From: Basidiobolus meristosporus CBS 931.73
Lineage: Eukaryota > Fungi > Basidiobolomycota
Assembly: GCA_002104905.1 (NCBI GenBank)
Contig: MCFE01000434.1
Coordinates: 11,714-75,713, forward strand
DNA length: 64,000 nt
Direction: 5' to 3'
Shown: positions 62,501 to 64,000 of the stretch, piece by piece
How positions within the stretch are numbered: the stretch's first letter is position 1
Layout of the letters: each line of letters begins with the position of its first letter
Translations under genes and position numbers: made by a program
The notes under the pieces: model-generated
Seen by the model: the letters and a program-made list of their open reading frames with translations, nothing else
Database searches by the model: none
Told to the model about the DNA's origin: nothing

Positions 62501-64000
62501 TTTTGTATGGTCGGAGCCTCAAAAGAGAGCATTTGATCAGCTGAAACATTCCCTGACGTCACCGCCAGTGTTACAATTTCCCAATTGGGATGCGAGATTT
62601 TTTATTAACTGTGATGGAAGCCTCACCGGTATAGGCACTGTACTGGGACAATACCACCAACCCGGCAAATTCCACCCAATCAGTTACGTGAGCCGTTCAC
62701 TAAACAAACACGAACGCCACTACCCCATTATCAAGATAGAATGTCTGGCTGTTGTTTATTCAATTAAACAATTCCATACATACATACATGGTCGCCGATT
62801 CACAATAGTAACAGACCACAGCGCACTGGTCTGGCTGATGAAAACTAAAGACTTTACCGGCCGACTAGCACGTTGGGCCCTACAACTACAGCAATACGAC
62901 TTTGAAATAATTCACTGCGCTGGCAAGAAACACCAGGACGCAGACTTCCTCAGTCGCTATCCCGTTTGCCAAATACGTGTCAGTGATGAGTACAAGGACG
63001 TAATCTGCTTTAAAAAGAAAGGGAGGTATCCCAAACACGTCGTTACAAACAAACAGAAGAGAGAATTTCGAAGGAAATGGTGTCAGTACAAAGTACAAGA
63101 AAATCGACTATGGTTCCTCCAAGGACAGTCCAGAGCCGAGGTACCCCCACTAGCAGCCCGTGAAGAAATCATACGAGATAGACATATGTCATTAGGACAC
63201 GCTAACCCCCTAACAGCATATAAGATGTTAAGAAAAACGTTTTATTGGCGAAAAATGATGACCAACGTTACAAATACATTACAAAGATGCACCACTTGCG
63301 AAAGATTCAACTAGAGTCAGAAGATAGGGACAACCACACCAATACCGGTTGACCTGCCCTTCCACCGAGTAGGGATTGACTTTGTTGGCCCCTTTATGAA
63401 AACAAAGAAAGGAGAACAATACATAATAATCGCTACCGATTATTTCTCAAAGTGGGTAGAAGCCCAAGCCGTCCGCAATAAAGATCAGAAGACAACCACC
63501 CGATTCATTCTAGAACACCTCATCTGCCGACACGGATATCCTCAGATACTCCTGTCCGACAATGGTGGTTCCTTCCTGAACGACACCATGGCCCACCTGT
63601 GCAAAATGATGGGCGTGAAACAAGTCTTCACGGCGCGTATCACCCCCAGACTAACGGATTAACCAAGAGGATGAACCAGACGTGTTGCCGCATACTGGAG
63701 AAGCTTCACTGGGAACTTCCCCCAATCATGGGCCAAGCTGCTCCCACTGACACTCCTAGCAATGCGCACCACACCAAATAAAACGACGGGTTTCTCCCCA
63801 TATGAAATCCTATATGGACGAAGACCCAAGTGGCGGTGAGGAAGCTGGATTAACGATGGAAGGTGTCCCCCTGACGACACATAACAACTATATAGAAAGG
63901 TTGATACACCGTATCGCCACCTATACATAAAAGTATTTGAAAATGTTGACAAGCACCTTCCCCCTCCACCCAAAAATGAGAAACTAACAAGACAAAAGTG

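Larger units (their letters stand above)
59189..64000 (+). mobile_element. Ty3/gypsy LTR retrotransposon, mildly decayed, truncated by the window edge
   Basis: gag from 59605 with CCHC knuckle CYVCGEVGHQAHEC (60334-60375), PR LIDTGSS, RT SPWASPVVIVLKKDG..YLDD, RH NCDGSLTGIG, IN HxxxxH..CxxC and DFVGP. Domain order is PR-RT-RH-IN. In-frame stops at 59935, 60067, 62025 and 63312. Confidence 0.95.

Overview
Eukaryotic DNA from an early-diverging fungus. This is inferred from the 50-100 bp GT-AG introns, a WNK kinase, an animal/amoebozoan-type GDH and a fungal APSES factor; a Basidiobolus-like zygomycete is plausible but unproven. The gene-dense left 48 kb carries the CCT1 3' end, a DUF2358/C6orf136-like gene, CDC42, WNK, a PX/DUF3818 gene, a PHO80-family cyclin, RPC31, a LARP7-like gene, an Mbp1/Res-type factor, PRP18 and ELC1. 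It also carries two six-copy tandem arrays: PiT/PHO89 phosphate symporters (13955-27055) and GLUD-type glutamate dehydrogenases (34333-47402). In both arrays the coding sequences are homogenised while the spacers are largely unrelated. Five PHO89 spacers share the exact 9-mer CGTGGTTAC 351-373 bp upstream of the ATG. The right 16 kb is a CpG-depleted transposon graveyard: a Ty1/copia element with three nested insertions, a CACTA-like transposase remnant, and a younger Ty3/gypsy element running off the window edge. No tRNA, rRNA or CRISPR array was seen. All coordinates, counts and protein comparisons were made by eye or from memory, with no searches run.
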